Below, in pieces: positions 1-12,240 of a stretch of 64,000 bases of DNA. The notes under the pieces were generated by a model that saw only the letters and a list, made by a program, of their open reading frames with translations, had not been told where the DNA came from and did not search any database. Position 1 is the first letter of the stretch. Each line of letters starts with the position of its first letter. A program made the position numbers and the translations under genes. This DNA comes from Mantamonas sphyraenae STR306 (taxonomy: Eukaryota > Protista > CRuMs), in assembly GCA_026936335.1 (NCBI GenBank), contig JAPMXV010000018.1:1-64000 (forward strand), in the 5' to 3' direction.

Positions 1-224
1 TAACCCTAACCCTAACCCTAACCCTAACCCTAACCCTAACCCTAACCCTAACCCTAACCCTAACCCTAACCCTAACCCTAACCCTAACCCTAACCCTAAC
101 CCTAACCCTAACCCTAACCCTAACCCTAACCTAACCCTAACCCTAACCTAACCCTAACCCTAACCCTAACCCTAACCCTAACCCTAACCCTAACCCTAGC
201 CCTAACCCTAACCCTAACCCTAAC
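1..224. repeat. Telomeric repeat (TAACCC)n = TTAGGG; chromosome end
   Basis: About 37 tandem TAACCC units from base 1, with one shortened unit near 130 and one TAGCCC variant near 197. Confidence 0.99.
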
Positions 225-495
225 TCTATTTGATAGAATTGTCGTGATCATGTGAGACCGGTCTATGTCGTGTGAGTCGTGCTCGTGACTGTAGGCGGGG
301 TGGCTGAGTTGGGTGGTGACATGGGGCAGTGGGCAATGGGTGGGAGTGGAAATCTCGCTGGTGAGTGGCCGTCGTCCTGCAACGCCGCGCAGTCAGCACT
401 GCCCATCAGCCTTCAACCAAAATATCACCAACACCCACAGCTCCCTCCACCAGTCCAACACATTCCACATACACTCCAGTACCACCGCCACCATC

Positions 496-3400
496 ATGGA
501 CAAGGACTTCTCGAGCACTCCGAAGCAACAACACACACCCAACACCTACCCAGCGTGCGTTCTGCCTTCCACTCCGTTTTCTGACTGCCCGCTTCTCCCG
601 CTCCCTTGCCTCCTCCATGCCTCTGTCGCCTCCCTGCACTCCTCCCCTGCATCTCCACTTCCCCATCACCACCATGGCTGCCTTTTTCGCTCTTCTCCGA
701 TCCCCTCCCCCTGTCACTGCCCTCCCTGTTGCCAGTTTCCCCGTCTGCCAATCTCCTCGGTTTTCCCTCTCTGCTCGTTCCAGCCTCCCTTCACCCCCGC
801 TTCTGCCCTGACGGCGTCCATTCCGCCTTCCGCTCACCTTTCCAATCCCACCCTCCCCCTCCGCGTCTCCCACACAGCTACGGGTACATGGTCCCTCCCA
901 TGGCTGCCCAGCCGTTTCCGAACATGCTGCCCGCCTCTGGCGTACAAAACCCGTACCAGCACCCACAACCACCCATCATCTGGGTCCCTGTCAACACCCA
1001 TCCCCAGCAACACTACGCATATGCTCATCAGGGCCACCCATACTACGCCTACCCTCCTCCTCCTCCGCCTCCTCCTCAGGCGCGACAAACCGCCCAGGTG
1101 CACTTCGCTCAGCCTCCGATGCACCGTCCGCCTGCTCAACCCACCACAAACCACAACCGCGTCCGCAAACGCATCAGCCCTGCCTTTGTCGGCATCACAC
1201 GGACCACATCCACCACCACATCGTCGTCCTCTTCCCACCAGGCCATACGGCAGACTGGAGACAGCGACGACGACGACGCAGACCAGGAAACACACACACA
1301 TGACACCGGCGACGTTGAGGACCTGATGTTCCTGAACTTCGGCCACCGTGAACCTCGGTCAGTCTCCAGCAACTCAGAGTGGATGACCAGCTCATGGATG
1401 GAGGCGTACGATGAAGACGGCGAGGCAAACGATGCAACACAGCAGCACGTGAACGACGAGATGGACACTCAGGGCTCACTCAGCTTTGCAGACACTGGTG
1501 ATGCCATGGATGAGGAGTACATGCCGCAAGATGACAGCGACGACAACACAGACGACATGGAACAGGAGGACTCGGACGAATGGCAGCCGAGACGCACAAG
1601 TCGAGGCCATAGACGACGTCGCAGAGGCAACAACAGCCGACGCAATGATACACAAAAGCTGAAAGGCAGCGGACAGCGCAGGCTCAGGGTCACGGCTGGC
1701 AGTGGCACAGAGGCAGGAACGTCGAGCACACGGGCAAGGAGGGCCAAGAACGGAGACACCAGCGCACGGAAGAAATCAAGCGAAGACAAGACGAACAAGT
1801 TGCCAGATGGTGATGTGCGCAAAGGGTGGACAGCTGGACACAGCGACGAGCGCAGCCACAGGAACACGAAGGAGCACACGGCACTGCTGAAGCACATGCA
1901 CATTCTGGCCAACGAGCATCCCATCGACGACATCCCAGATCTCATGAAACTGCAGGCGCGTGTTGTGGTCTGCCATGGCACTACGACCACGCTGGTCCGA
2001 CAGATTCTGCTCGCTCTGGGCAACATTCCCCTTTCCCAGGGCGACATGGCCTTCTGCCTCACCCTTCTCGGCCGTGACATAGATCATCAGGGGTGCAGCA
2101 GTGCCATCCACGACGCAGGTCTGGCCACGGGCGTGACAAAGGCTGGGTTGAAGGTGTGCTGGCTGGAGGAGCCACACGACCACGGCGACCCCAACTACGC
2201 CCTCCTCCACCTGCTTGTGACAGAGATGGATACCCTTGGCGACAGACCCCATCCCACCGCCTGGAAGGAGTACGAGCAGACCCGAGTGTTGCTGCAGAAA
2301 GCACGACGCCCTGCTGACAACGACAGCGACCCACACTGGACACAATGCGACTACGACCACCACCTCACCACCACCGCGGCGGACAAGTGGCTTCCCGAGT
2401 CTGTGCGCAGTGGCTGGAGCGCAGGAACTCCCAGTGACGAGCGTGGCAGCTGCACGGCGCGGGAATTCCAGACGCTGCTGGCACACATGAAGACACGCGC
2501 AGCCAAGCACCCTAGCCATCAGCACGCGCACGAGCACCAAGCACTGCGTGAGTTGATCAACAACGGCAGCAAGATATCCCTGCTGCGACACATCATGCTG
2601 GCGCTGGGCAACGTTGGCGTGCCGCCTGTCGACCTGATCTTGTTTGTCCGCCTCATCAGGCCACGCCTCACCTACAAGCAGGTTCAAGGTGCTATCAGCA
2701 ACACCTTCAACCGCGGTGTTACCTCCCTCTCCCTCAAGATCGCCTGGCTCGACAACCCCAAACCCAACGACGCCACACTGCACACCCTCCTCCACACCCT
2801 CATCGACCGCATCACACCCCACATCACCTCCCGTCCCACCACCTCCGCTCTCGTCAACACCCTCCGCATCACCGAGCTTGTTCTGCCCGAACCAACAGAG
2901 GAGGGAGCGGTGGCCGTGGAGGATGAACTGCCAGATGACGTTGTGCGCAGTGGCTGGACAAACTGGCGCAAGAGCGAGCGCAGCCACAGCAACAAGAAGG
3001 AGCACACGGCACTGCTGAACCACATGCACACTCTGGCCAACGAGCATCCCATCGACGACATCCCGGACATCATGACCCTGCAGGCGCGTGTTGTGGTTTG
3101 CCATGGCACCTTGACCACGCTCGTGCGACAGATACAGCTTGCTCTGGGCAACATTCCCCTCTCCCAGGGTGACATGGCCCTCTGCCTCACCCTTCTCGGC
3201 CGTGATATGGATCAACAGGCGTGCAGACATGCCATCCTCAGCGCTGGTCTGGCCATGGGTGTGACCAAGGCTGGGTTGAAGGTGTGCTGGCTGGAGGGGC
3301 CACACGACAACAGCGACCCCAACTACGCCCTCCTCCACCTTCTCATGACAGAGATGGACGCTCTTGGCAACAGACCCCATCCCAACACCTGGAAGGAGCA

Positions 3401-4088
3401 CAAGCAGACCCAACTGAGGCTGCAGAAAGCACGACGCCCTGCTGACAACAACAGCGACCCACACTGGACACAAGGCGACTACGACCACCACCTCACCACC
3501 ACCAAGGTTGACAAGTGGTTTCCAGAGTCTGTGCGTAGTGGCTGGAGCAATGCCACCCCCAGCGACGAGCGAGGCAGCTGCACGGCACGGGAGTTCCAGA
3601 CGCTGCTGGCACACATGCAGGCACGCGCAGCCAAGCACCCTTGCCATGAGCACACACACGAGCACCATGCACTGCGCGAGCTGATCAACAACGGCAGCCT
3701 GAAGTCCTTGGTGCGTCACATCATCCTGGCGCTGGGCAACGTTGGCGTGCCGCCTGTCGACCTGGCCTTCTTTGTCCGCCTCCTCAGGCCACACCTCACC
3801 TACCAGCAGGTTCAACCTGCCATCAGCAAATCCCTCACCCGCGGCGTCACCTCCCTCTCCCTCAAGATCGCCTGGCTCGACAAACCCAAACCCAGCGACG
3901 CCACACTGCACACCCTCCTCCACACCCTCATCGACCGCGTCTCACCCCACATCACCACCCGTCCCACCACCGTCGCACTCGTCAACGCCTACCCCATCCC
4001 CCCATTCACCCTGCCCAAGCGCAAAGACCCTTCCTCCTCCTCCTCCTCCTCCTCCTCCTCCTCCTCCAAACGCCAACGCCTCGAATGA
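496..4088 (+). CDS. Subtelomeric hypothetical, probably nuclear, protein with four copies (ABAB) of an unrecognised ~150-190 aa domain
   Basis: ORF 606..4088. Predicted exon 1 496-554 and GT-AG intron 555-877 join in frame (MDKDF...TYPA-YGYMVPP). P/Q/H-rich and acidic N-terminus, basic NLS-like clusters, internal 1128-nt tandem duplication. Confidence 0.8.
1800..3990 (+). repeat. Intragenic 1128-nt tandem duplication, each unit made of two older sub-repeats
   Basis: LPDGDVRKGW at 1800 vs LPDDVVRSGW at 2928; LPESVRSGW at 2391 vs FPESVRSGW at 3519. Offset is 1128 nt in both cases. Confidence 0.95.
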
Positions 4089-4105
4089 ACCACACCTTCA
4101 TTCTG

Positions 4106-5651
4106 TCACCCTCCCCTCCCCACCCACTCCACCACCCTCTCCATCACCTCATCTGGCAGTGTCACCCACCCTTCCCACCCTCTCTCCTCCACATACGCCT
4201 CCATCCCCCCACACCCAAACATCACCTCCCTCTCCTCCCCATTCATCACCAACGCCACCTCCATCGCCTCATCCACCTCCCCACCCCATCCAATCCAATG
4301 CCACGCCTTCCTCCACCCTTCCTCCCTCACCATCTCCACCGTTTCCATCCTTGGCTTAGCGCCCCAAGCTCGCAACACCTGCACAATCTCCTCATCCCCT
4401 TTCTCGACTGCTCTCTCCAGCGCAGTCTCCTCACCTCCATCCCCTGCAAACGTGTCCACAGGCACCCCCCACTCCCTCAACTCTTTCATCCTCTCCACAT
4501 CCCCACACTCCACAAACTCCACGTGCTGCTTCTTGTTTCTCTCCAACAGCAACTGCAACGCGTCATCGCGATTGTTTCTCTGAAACACAAACTGTGGCGT
4601 GTTGTCGCGATTCTTGTTTCTCTCCAACAGCGACTGTGGCGCGTTGGAGCTAACGCCGGCGATTTTCCAGCATGACCGATTGCCTTTCATCGCTTGAGCA
4701 AGTGTTGCGGCACCTTCTGCACTGATGCTGTTGTCGTTGATGTTCAGTGCCTGCAGGCTACTGTTCTCACTCAGTGCCCGCGCCAGTGCCGCTGCACCTT
4801 CGTCCCCGATGCTGCGGTCATTGATGTTCAGTGTCTTCAGGCTGCTGTTCTCACACAACGCCCGCGCCAGTGCCGCTGCTCCTTCGTCCCCGATGCTGTT
4901 GAGGCTGAGGTCCAGCGTCTGCAAGCTGCTGTTCTCGCTCAGTGCCTGCGCCAGTGCTACTGCTCCCTCTACCCCAGTGCCGCTCCAGCTGAGCTTGAGT
5001 GTGTGCAAGCTCTGGTTCTCCCGCAGTCCCCGGGCCAGTGCTGCAGATCCCTCACCCCCACAGTTGTTCCAGCAGAGGTTCAGTGTCTGCAAGCTGCTGT
5101 TCTCACTCAGTGCATGCCCCAGTGCTGCCGTTCCTTCTGCTCCAATGTTGTTGTAGAAGAGGATCATTGTGTGCAAGCTCTGGTTCTCACTCAGTCCCTG
5201 CGCCAAAGCTGCCGCTCCTTCGTCCCCGATCATGTTGTTTCCGAGGTCCAGTGTCTGTAAGCTGCTGTTCTCCTTTAGCGCCTGCGCCAGTGCTGCTGCG
5301 CCTTCGTTCCCAGTGCCGCACCAGCTGAGGTTGAGTGTGTGCAAGCTGCTGTTCTGAGCTAGTGCCCGCGCAAGTGCCGCTGCTCTTGCTTCTCCCAGCC
5401 CCCGACCAAGCTCCAGCTTTTGTGTGTGTCGTGTCAACACAAGTTCCACCCTGCGTACTCACCATAACACCCACCCCACACCCATCCCTCCTTCCCTTCC
5501 CCTTGTGCGACGCCCAAACGTCACTTCACCAAAACTCCCTCCCGATTTCTTTCCGCCAACTCACCGTTCCCTGAGCCTCCAAAGCTTCCACAATCTGCTC
5601 ATGGTCCCCGCTCTTCAACAAGTCAAACCACTGACGGAGGTTCAAGTCCAT
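4106..5651 (-). CDS. RI-like (NLRC3-type, 28-aa) leucine-rich repeat protein with ankyrin-like segment and conserved C-terminal tail
   Basis: Repeated 'ALAxALxENSSLQTLxLxxNxIGDEGA'; 'ETALERAVEKGDEEIVQVL' is ankyrin-like. Predicted intron 5451-5529 joins MDLNLRQ...REFW to VELVLT in frame. Confidence 0.88.
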
Positions 5652-6090
5652 GACTCCTGCGATAGCCCATGAGTGAGCGCCCATGATTCCTTCCTTCCTG
5701 CGTGACTCTCTCCATACCACCCACACACACGTCCACATGTCCACGATACCCCACCCTTCCCTACCCTATGACTGTTCTAAAGTGTGTGTGTGCAATATGC
5801 GTTGGATGCACCCCCGCACAGGGGAAAAACGAAACGACTTGAGTCTTGCTCAGCTCAGCCTGTCCACCACACGTACGGACCTGCGGACAAATTCCTCAAG
5901 TCTGCACAACCCACAATCACAGCACCGCAGAGACGTCAAGGCAGAGCATCGCCACACAAGAACACCCACCGCAAGACACCGCCTGGCAAATCGTAGGATG
6001 CCCTGTTCACCCACCAGCCTCCGTCCTGCAACCCCATCCCATCTCATCAACCAACGCCACCTTCATTCCCTCGGTCTCCCCCTCTACAAA

Positions 6091-9000
6091 CTACAAACTG
6101 TCCAACTCCATCCCGTCCGCACCCTCTCCATCCCCCCCACCCTTCTTCTTCCCCTCACCCCGCATCACCCGCACCGTCCCTGACCGGATGCGCCCACCCA
6201 CCGTTTCCTGCCTCCTGGTCGCCACCTTTCGCAACACTTCACGCACCGCACTCTCCGGATTCTTTTGCACATACGCCACCACCGCCACCAGCTCTTCCTC
6301 TTCCAGCACGTCCTGCACCTCCAGCATTTCCTTCACCACTGCGTCGTCTCGAAGCGCACGCACTTCTGCCACCTCTCCGTCCACCTTTCCCACCTGTGCA
6401 TCCTCCATGTCTTCGTTGCCCACTGCATCAAGCACCCCGTAGTAGTCCGGATGCACCAGGTTCTCCATCGCCTTGAGTTTGCCCTTCTGTCCAGCAGATT
6501 GCTGGTCACGCAGTCGGTTCGCCACATCGCGAACCACAAAGTACACGCACTGCACCATCACAAGCACCGCCAAAACCACTGTCGCCACTTCCCACCACTC
6601 CTCCCCTCCCGTGTCGCTCCCTGTCAAGAACACCATCCCCGCCACGAGCAGCAGCACGCTTTCCACCAGCAGGATGCTCTCCAGCAGATTCTCCCCGCTC
6701 GTGCGGTACGGCTTTGTGTCCGTGTGCACCAGTGACGACCCTCCCAGCACAAGCATGCCCAACAATCCCTGCAGCGCCGGCAGATTCGTCGCAAACAGCT
6801 TCACCCCCACCACCGCCACCTTGCGCACCAGCACCAACCCTTCGAACCAGTAGAACGACAGACCGTACTTGTTGTACAGCGTCGAGTACTTTTCTTGGAA
6901 CGCTTGCGAGCGGCGCACTTCCACGTCCGATCCAGACAGCATCACGCCCACAAACACCAGCGGCGTGCCCACCACGTACAGCAGGCCAAACACCAGCGCA
7001 GGTCCAATCAGCTCAGAGTGAACTCCACCTTCCACCCAGCACTCCACGTCCGTCGAAGCATCCAGCACAGAGAACCCGCTGCGTACCTCGGTGCAGTCAA
7101 ACACTTCCAGCACGCGTGTGCACAGCGTGATGTACAGCAAACCCAAGCTCAGCAGCATCTCATTGACAAAGTATCGCCGTGTCGACGACCACTCCTCCCG
7201 TTCATCTGTAAACAGCCGCGACACGTTGTACCTGGCCGTTCCCAACGCAAACTGAAACTTGGACAGCGACGCGTCCGGCTTTGCGCAAAACGACGGATGG
7301 GCTTCCTCAAACGCCCTTCCGTTCTTGGCTGCCCACGCGCCACGCAGCGCCTCCAGGCACATGCGCAACAGCAGACCAGCCACAACGAGCAGCGGCAGCA
7401 ACATCGTAGCCCAGAAGCGCGTGCTGTACGTCCACCCTGCCTGGCCCAGCGTGCACTCAGGCGCCGCTGTGTCCAGGTTGAAGTTGGCCAGCGAAAAGTA
7501 GTTGAGTACGGTGAGTACGCTTGCGGGCCAGTCCAGGCGAAAGTCGCCAAAAGTGCTGATCACTTGCACGTGCGTGATCGCCAGCGCAATGACCGCACTT
7601 GCGTTTTGTCCGTGCGTGGCCCGCACTTGCTGGCGCACCCACACAAGGTACAGCACAAACAGGATCACGAGCACGACGAGTGTGCTGCCCGAACCACTTG
7701 TGCACGGCTGACACGAGTCACCCAGCTTGTAGTAGCCCGCGTCGCAGGTGCCGCACAGCGTGCCTGTGTACCCCTTGCCACACGTGTTGCTCTTGCCTCC
7801 TTGGCACGCCTCTGGCACCGCACATTGCAAGATGCGCAGCGACGTCCCCGTGCCCGACGAGTAGAACCCGGGCATCGGCAGCGGCTGTGTCTGCCCGCCA
7901 ATGCACACCGCGTTCGACACGCATGCCACACACGGCTTTCCTGCCTCTCCGTCGGGTCGGTAAAAGTTGGCCAGACACTTGCAGTCTTTTTCGTCCCTCG
8001 CTGTGCCCGTGACTTCCGTGTTGGCCGGACAGTTGATCTGGTTGACCAACACACTGAACATCACGGCCGTGTTGGACGTGTAATGCGCTCCCCCATCCAT
8101 CGTCACCTCCACCACAAATTCACCCAGCGTGTCGTGCGTGCTGTCCGACAGAAACACAATCTGGGTTGCGGTGACGCTCTGCGGCACAAAGAGAATGTTG
8201 CCCAGGCGGATGCGCACGTTCCCGGTGTCCAAGAAGCGTGTGCCCGTCACCGTCACACTCACCGATGTTCCTGGTTCCTTGCGTGTGGGAAGCACGCTGG
8301 CGACGGTCGGCTGGCGAAACACTGTCACTTGGACACCCGTGTTTGCAAACTGCACCCCGTTCAGAGCCACCCACACCTGCACCGCCGTATCCGCATCCAC
8401 GCCAGAGGCCAGAGCCAGCGGAGGCAGTGTTGCCGTCAGTGTGTTCCCACTGCTGGACACAGTTGCCACAGACGACGTTGCCGAGTTTCCCGACGTTGCG
8501 CTGCGCAGCTCCAAACGGGCCGTCTCCGCCACCCTCGCAAACGCTCCGCTCAAGGTCACTGGGGTTCCACCATCGATAGGTTGAGCGTTTGGCGTCACCG
8601 AGGTGGCAGTCGGCGCCGCGTACGCGTGCAAACGCACCCCCGAGGGCAACGATGCCCACGTGGCGCCTCTGTTCAAGCTCACACTCAACTGAACCTGCTC
8701 CACGGTACTGCCTGTCGTGCTGCTGGCCACCAGGCTTCCGAGGGCCGGCAGCACAAACGCCAACGTGCGTCGTTCGTTCGCATCCGTCTGCAAGCCGCTG
8801 CTCACCACCGTTCCTCCACGCGTGCCGTTCACGCGCACCCACACCGAGTCCAACAGATTCGTACCACTCAGCACCACCTCCGTCCCGCCAGTCAGTGGGC
8901 CGCTGGTCGGCGACAGCCCAGACAGTGTCGGTTCCACAATGCGCAGCGTCACACCCTGGCCAGCCAGCTGGCCCACCTCTGTTTGTCCGTTCAGCGCCAC

Positions 9001-12000
9001 GCGTACATCGCGTGTGCCCGACTCGACGCCTGGCATGCTCAACTGAATCAGGGACGAACTTGCCCATCGCCCTTCTGCCACAGTGCCTCCGATCAGCACA
9101 CGGATCACACCCGTGTTCACAAAGCCACTTCCGGTCACGTTCAGTTCCACCGCTGCTTGCGACGGCGTCACAGACGGAACGATGGCCGTCACCGTGGGCG
9201 GCACAAACGTTTGCAATTCCACCACGCTGCCGGTGAAATCCCGCGCGTTTGTCGTCACCGTCACGTTGACCCGCCCTGTAAACGTCCCGACCGGCATGCG
9301 ACACGTCAACTGCTCTTCGTTCACGTACACTGCGCCCTGGTCCAAAGCAGGGTTTCCGTTGAAGCGGCACTTCAAGTTCAGGCCCGAGCTTGTGAACCCG
9401 CCTCCGTACAGCGTCAGCTGCGTACCCCCCGTCGTTGGAACCCACTGCGGTGACACGCGATCCATGCTAAACACCTGAAAACCCAGAGCGGACGAGTATT
9501 GCTGGCCGTTCAGCGCAACCGCCACTGTGGCCGTTCCGTTTGCGTCCACACGCGGCAACACCGCAGTCAGCGTCGTTGGTGTCTGCCATGTACCCGCCAC
9601 AGTGCTTACGACACCTGTACGTGTGGTGATGCGTACACGTATCTCGCTGCTCGATCGCGCTGCAAACGCGCTGCCGGCCTGCGGCGTGAGCACCAGGGAA
9701 ACCCCGTCAACGCTCGCTGGCACCGAGGCAGGCGTCGATCCCCCCAAACCATGCTGCGGGTACAGGTCAAACTGTGTGCTTGAGCCCGTGACGTACTGCA
9801 CGCCGTTGGGAGCGACCGTCACCGTTGCGTTCAGCCATCCGCCCGCCTGTTGTGCCGGGATGTTGAACGACGGCGTCGTGAACGCTACCGAGCTTGCACC
9901 CGTGGCGTATGCACTTGTATACGCGCCACTCACAGTCTGAGCAGCCGTCACGCCGTCTGTGGGCGCAATGCGCACCAAAGGCACGTCGCCACCGTTGACC
10001 AGATTTGTGCCCGTCAGCGTCACCACCGTCCCGCCTGTGCGCAACCCACTTGCCACCGAAAGGCCAGTCACAGATTGCACAGACTGGTCGTACACGAAAA
10101 ATCCGTTACCGGGCACAGTGTGGAACTGCTGCCCATTGAGCGTGATCTCGACGGCGTTCCCGTTTGCACCGCTCGCGCTCAGTTGCGCAGGCGATGTACA
10201 CGTGACGAGGGTACGAGAAGCATCCACGGTGGCATCCACCACCTTGGGTGCCCCTGCGTTGGTGAAACGGCACTTGACCAGCGCCGGTGCGCGCGAGCTT
10301 GCGTTTACAGCCACCACGCGCAGATTTGTCCCGCCACTCACTGGGCCACTCTGCGGTGCCAGACTGGGGAATGATCCCACATAGTAGTCAAATGTGGGAG
10401 GTGTGTACCCTGCCACTGTGCCCGTCGCTTCCAAGTACACGCTGACCTGACGCGCCTGCGCAAACGCTGGCGTACGGCAGCGCATCTGCGTCGGCGACAC
10501 ATACACGCACGCTTCGGCGCGTGCCTTGACACCGTCCGCATCAAACACGGGAAACGTGCTGGATCCCACCTGCGTCATGTTGAGGCTGTCCAGGTTCCCG
10601 CCCGAGATGGTGACGTTCGTCCCGCCCGCTGTCGGCCCCAGCGGCGGATCCACATCGCTCACCACACTGATCTTTACGTCACACGTCGCCTGACCCGCCT
10701 GCAGGTTGGTTAGGCCCGAAGGGCACGAGAAACACGTGGTCAGTCCCGTCGTGTTGGCAAACGTGCCTTGCGGACACAGCGGGCAGTCCTCCGTACCACT
10801 GGCGTACGGTGTTGGCGGATTCTCTACGCTGCCAGACGCACTTCCCGCCACGCTGTTGCAGTTCAGCACGCCCTTCACGCGACTGAGCAGCTGCTCCGAT
10901 CCTTTGTACCCAAACACAAATGCCTGCCCTGTGGGCGCTGCAGCCACGTCGTTGAGTCCACCTCCGCTTCCCTGAGATGGTCCCCAGAGTTTTTGCCATA
11001 CTTGCGAACCATTGGTGAGGATGCGAAGCAACAGTGGCTGAAACTGGTACGAGATGATCATGCCCGGATCGCTTTGCCTGAATTGAGCGGCCACGTACAT
11101 GAACGTCTCATCCCTACTCAGAGCGATGTCACCAGTCTGCATGCTATGCGTTTGTGCACGTTCGTACACCCGCGTCCACACCTTGGTCCCGTCGGGGTTC
11201 CATCGAGTGACAAAAGCGGCCACTGTCTGCGTGACAGTCTGTCCGTCCACGTTTCCACCAACGTTGCCTGCAACAAACACGTCCCCACTGTTCTGAGCCA
11301 CCACAACGCCAGAGGGCCCGTCTGTTTCCGTGCTTCCCCACCGCCTTGACCATTGCTTCGTCCCCGCCGAATTGTACTTGGCCAGGAAAGCATCAGATTG
11401 GCCCAGTGACACTAGTCCATCGATTGTGTCAGACGCATATACCAGCACGTACACGTCGTCTGCCCCGGACACGGCCAGCCCAGTGATGCCTGCGCCGCCC
11501 AAGGACGCCGTCGCCCACTCTTGGGCACCAGTCAATCCATTCAGCTTCACTACAGACACCTGTCCGTTCACTGAGTAGTACACAGACCCTTGGCCAGCCG
11601 TGCCCATGGCCACGGCTGTTGGCCCGGTCGTTACAGCCACCGAAAACGCCTGATTGAAGCTGTGGTCCCATTTGCGTACGAATCCGTTGTTTGAGTCAAC
11701 CGGAGACGCTACTGCAATGCTGGTGTTGGTGACCGCTAAGCTCCCATCGAGATTGCCTCCGTTCAGCGTCACGTTCAGCAGTGCTTTTCCCGTGGCGCTG
11801 AAACGCGTCATTGCCGCGTTGGTCACCGTGATCACCTCGCCTCCTGGGAGCACCCCGACTCCTTTTCCATTGTTCCCTGGCACAGTTACTGTCCAATCTG
11901 CCCTTGCCAACCCTGACAAAAGCACAATCGTCGCTGCGGCGACGAAAACACGAAACGGCTTTTGCGCGCGTGATTTTTGTGTGTCGGGCGTCAGCGACGA

Positions 12001-12125
12001 CAAGGTTACCCTCCCTTTTGCCCTCCCTCCAACCCCTTTCCTCCCTTTGCCCCCCCCACCTCCACCTGACCCCATCCTCCTTCCCTCCCTCCCCACGTCC
12101 GCGTCCTCACCTTGGTTTGCACCAT
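6091..12125 (-). CDS. Large surface receptor-like protein: signal peptide, beta-propeller (SBBP-like) repeats, many IPT/TIG domains, Cys-rich repeats, C-terminal ~7-TM domain
   Basis: 2001-aa ORF. 'DAFLAKYNSAGTKQWSRRWG' propeller motif; 'PxxGPxxGGTxVTIxG' IPT motifs; 'C.KGYTGTLCGTCDAGYY' then TM helices. Predicted exon 1 12111-12125 (MVQTK) and intron 11959-12110 give a clean signal peptide. Confidence 0.88.
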
Positions 12126-12240
12126 TTCAAATGCGAGAAATTCGCTTGGTTGGCCTCCCGAGCCCTCCCGGATGTGGAAGGCGACACCCGATGCATCCAA
12201 GAACAAAAAACACTGCATTCACTGATCTCATCATCATCCA

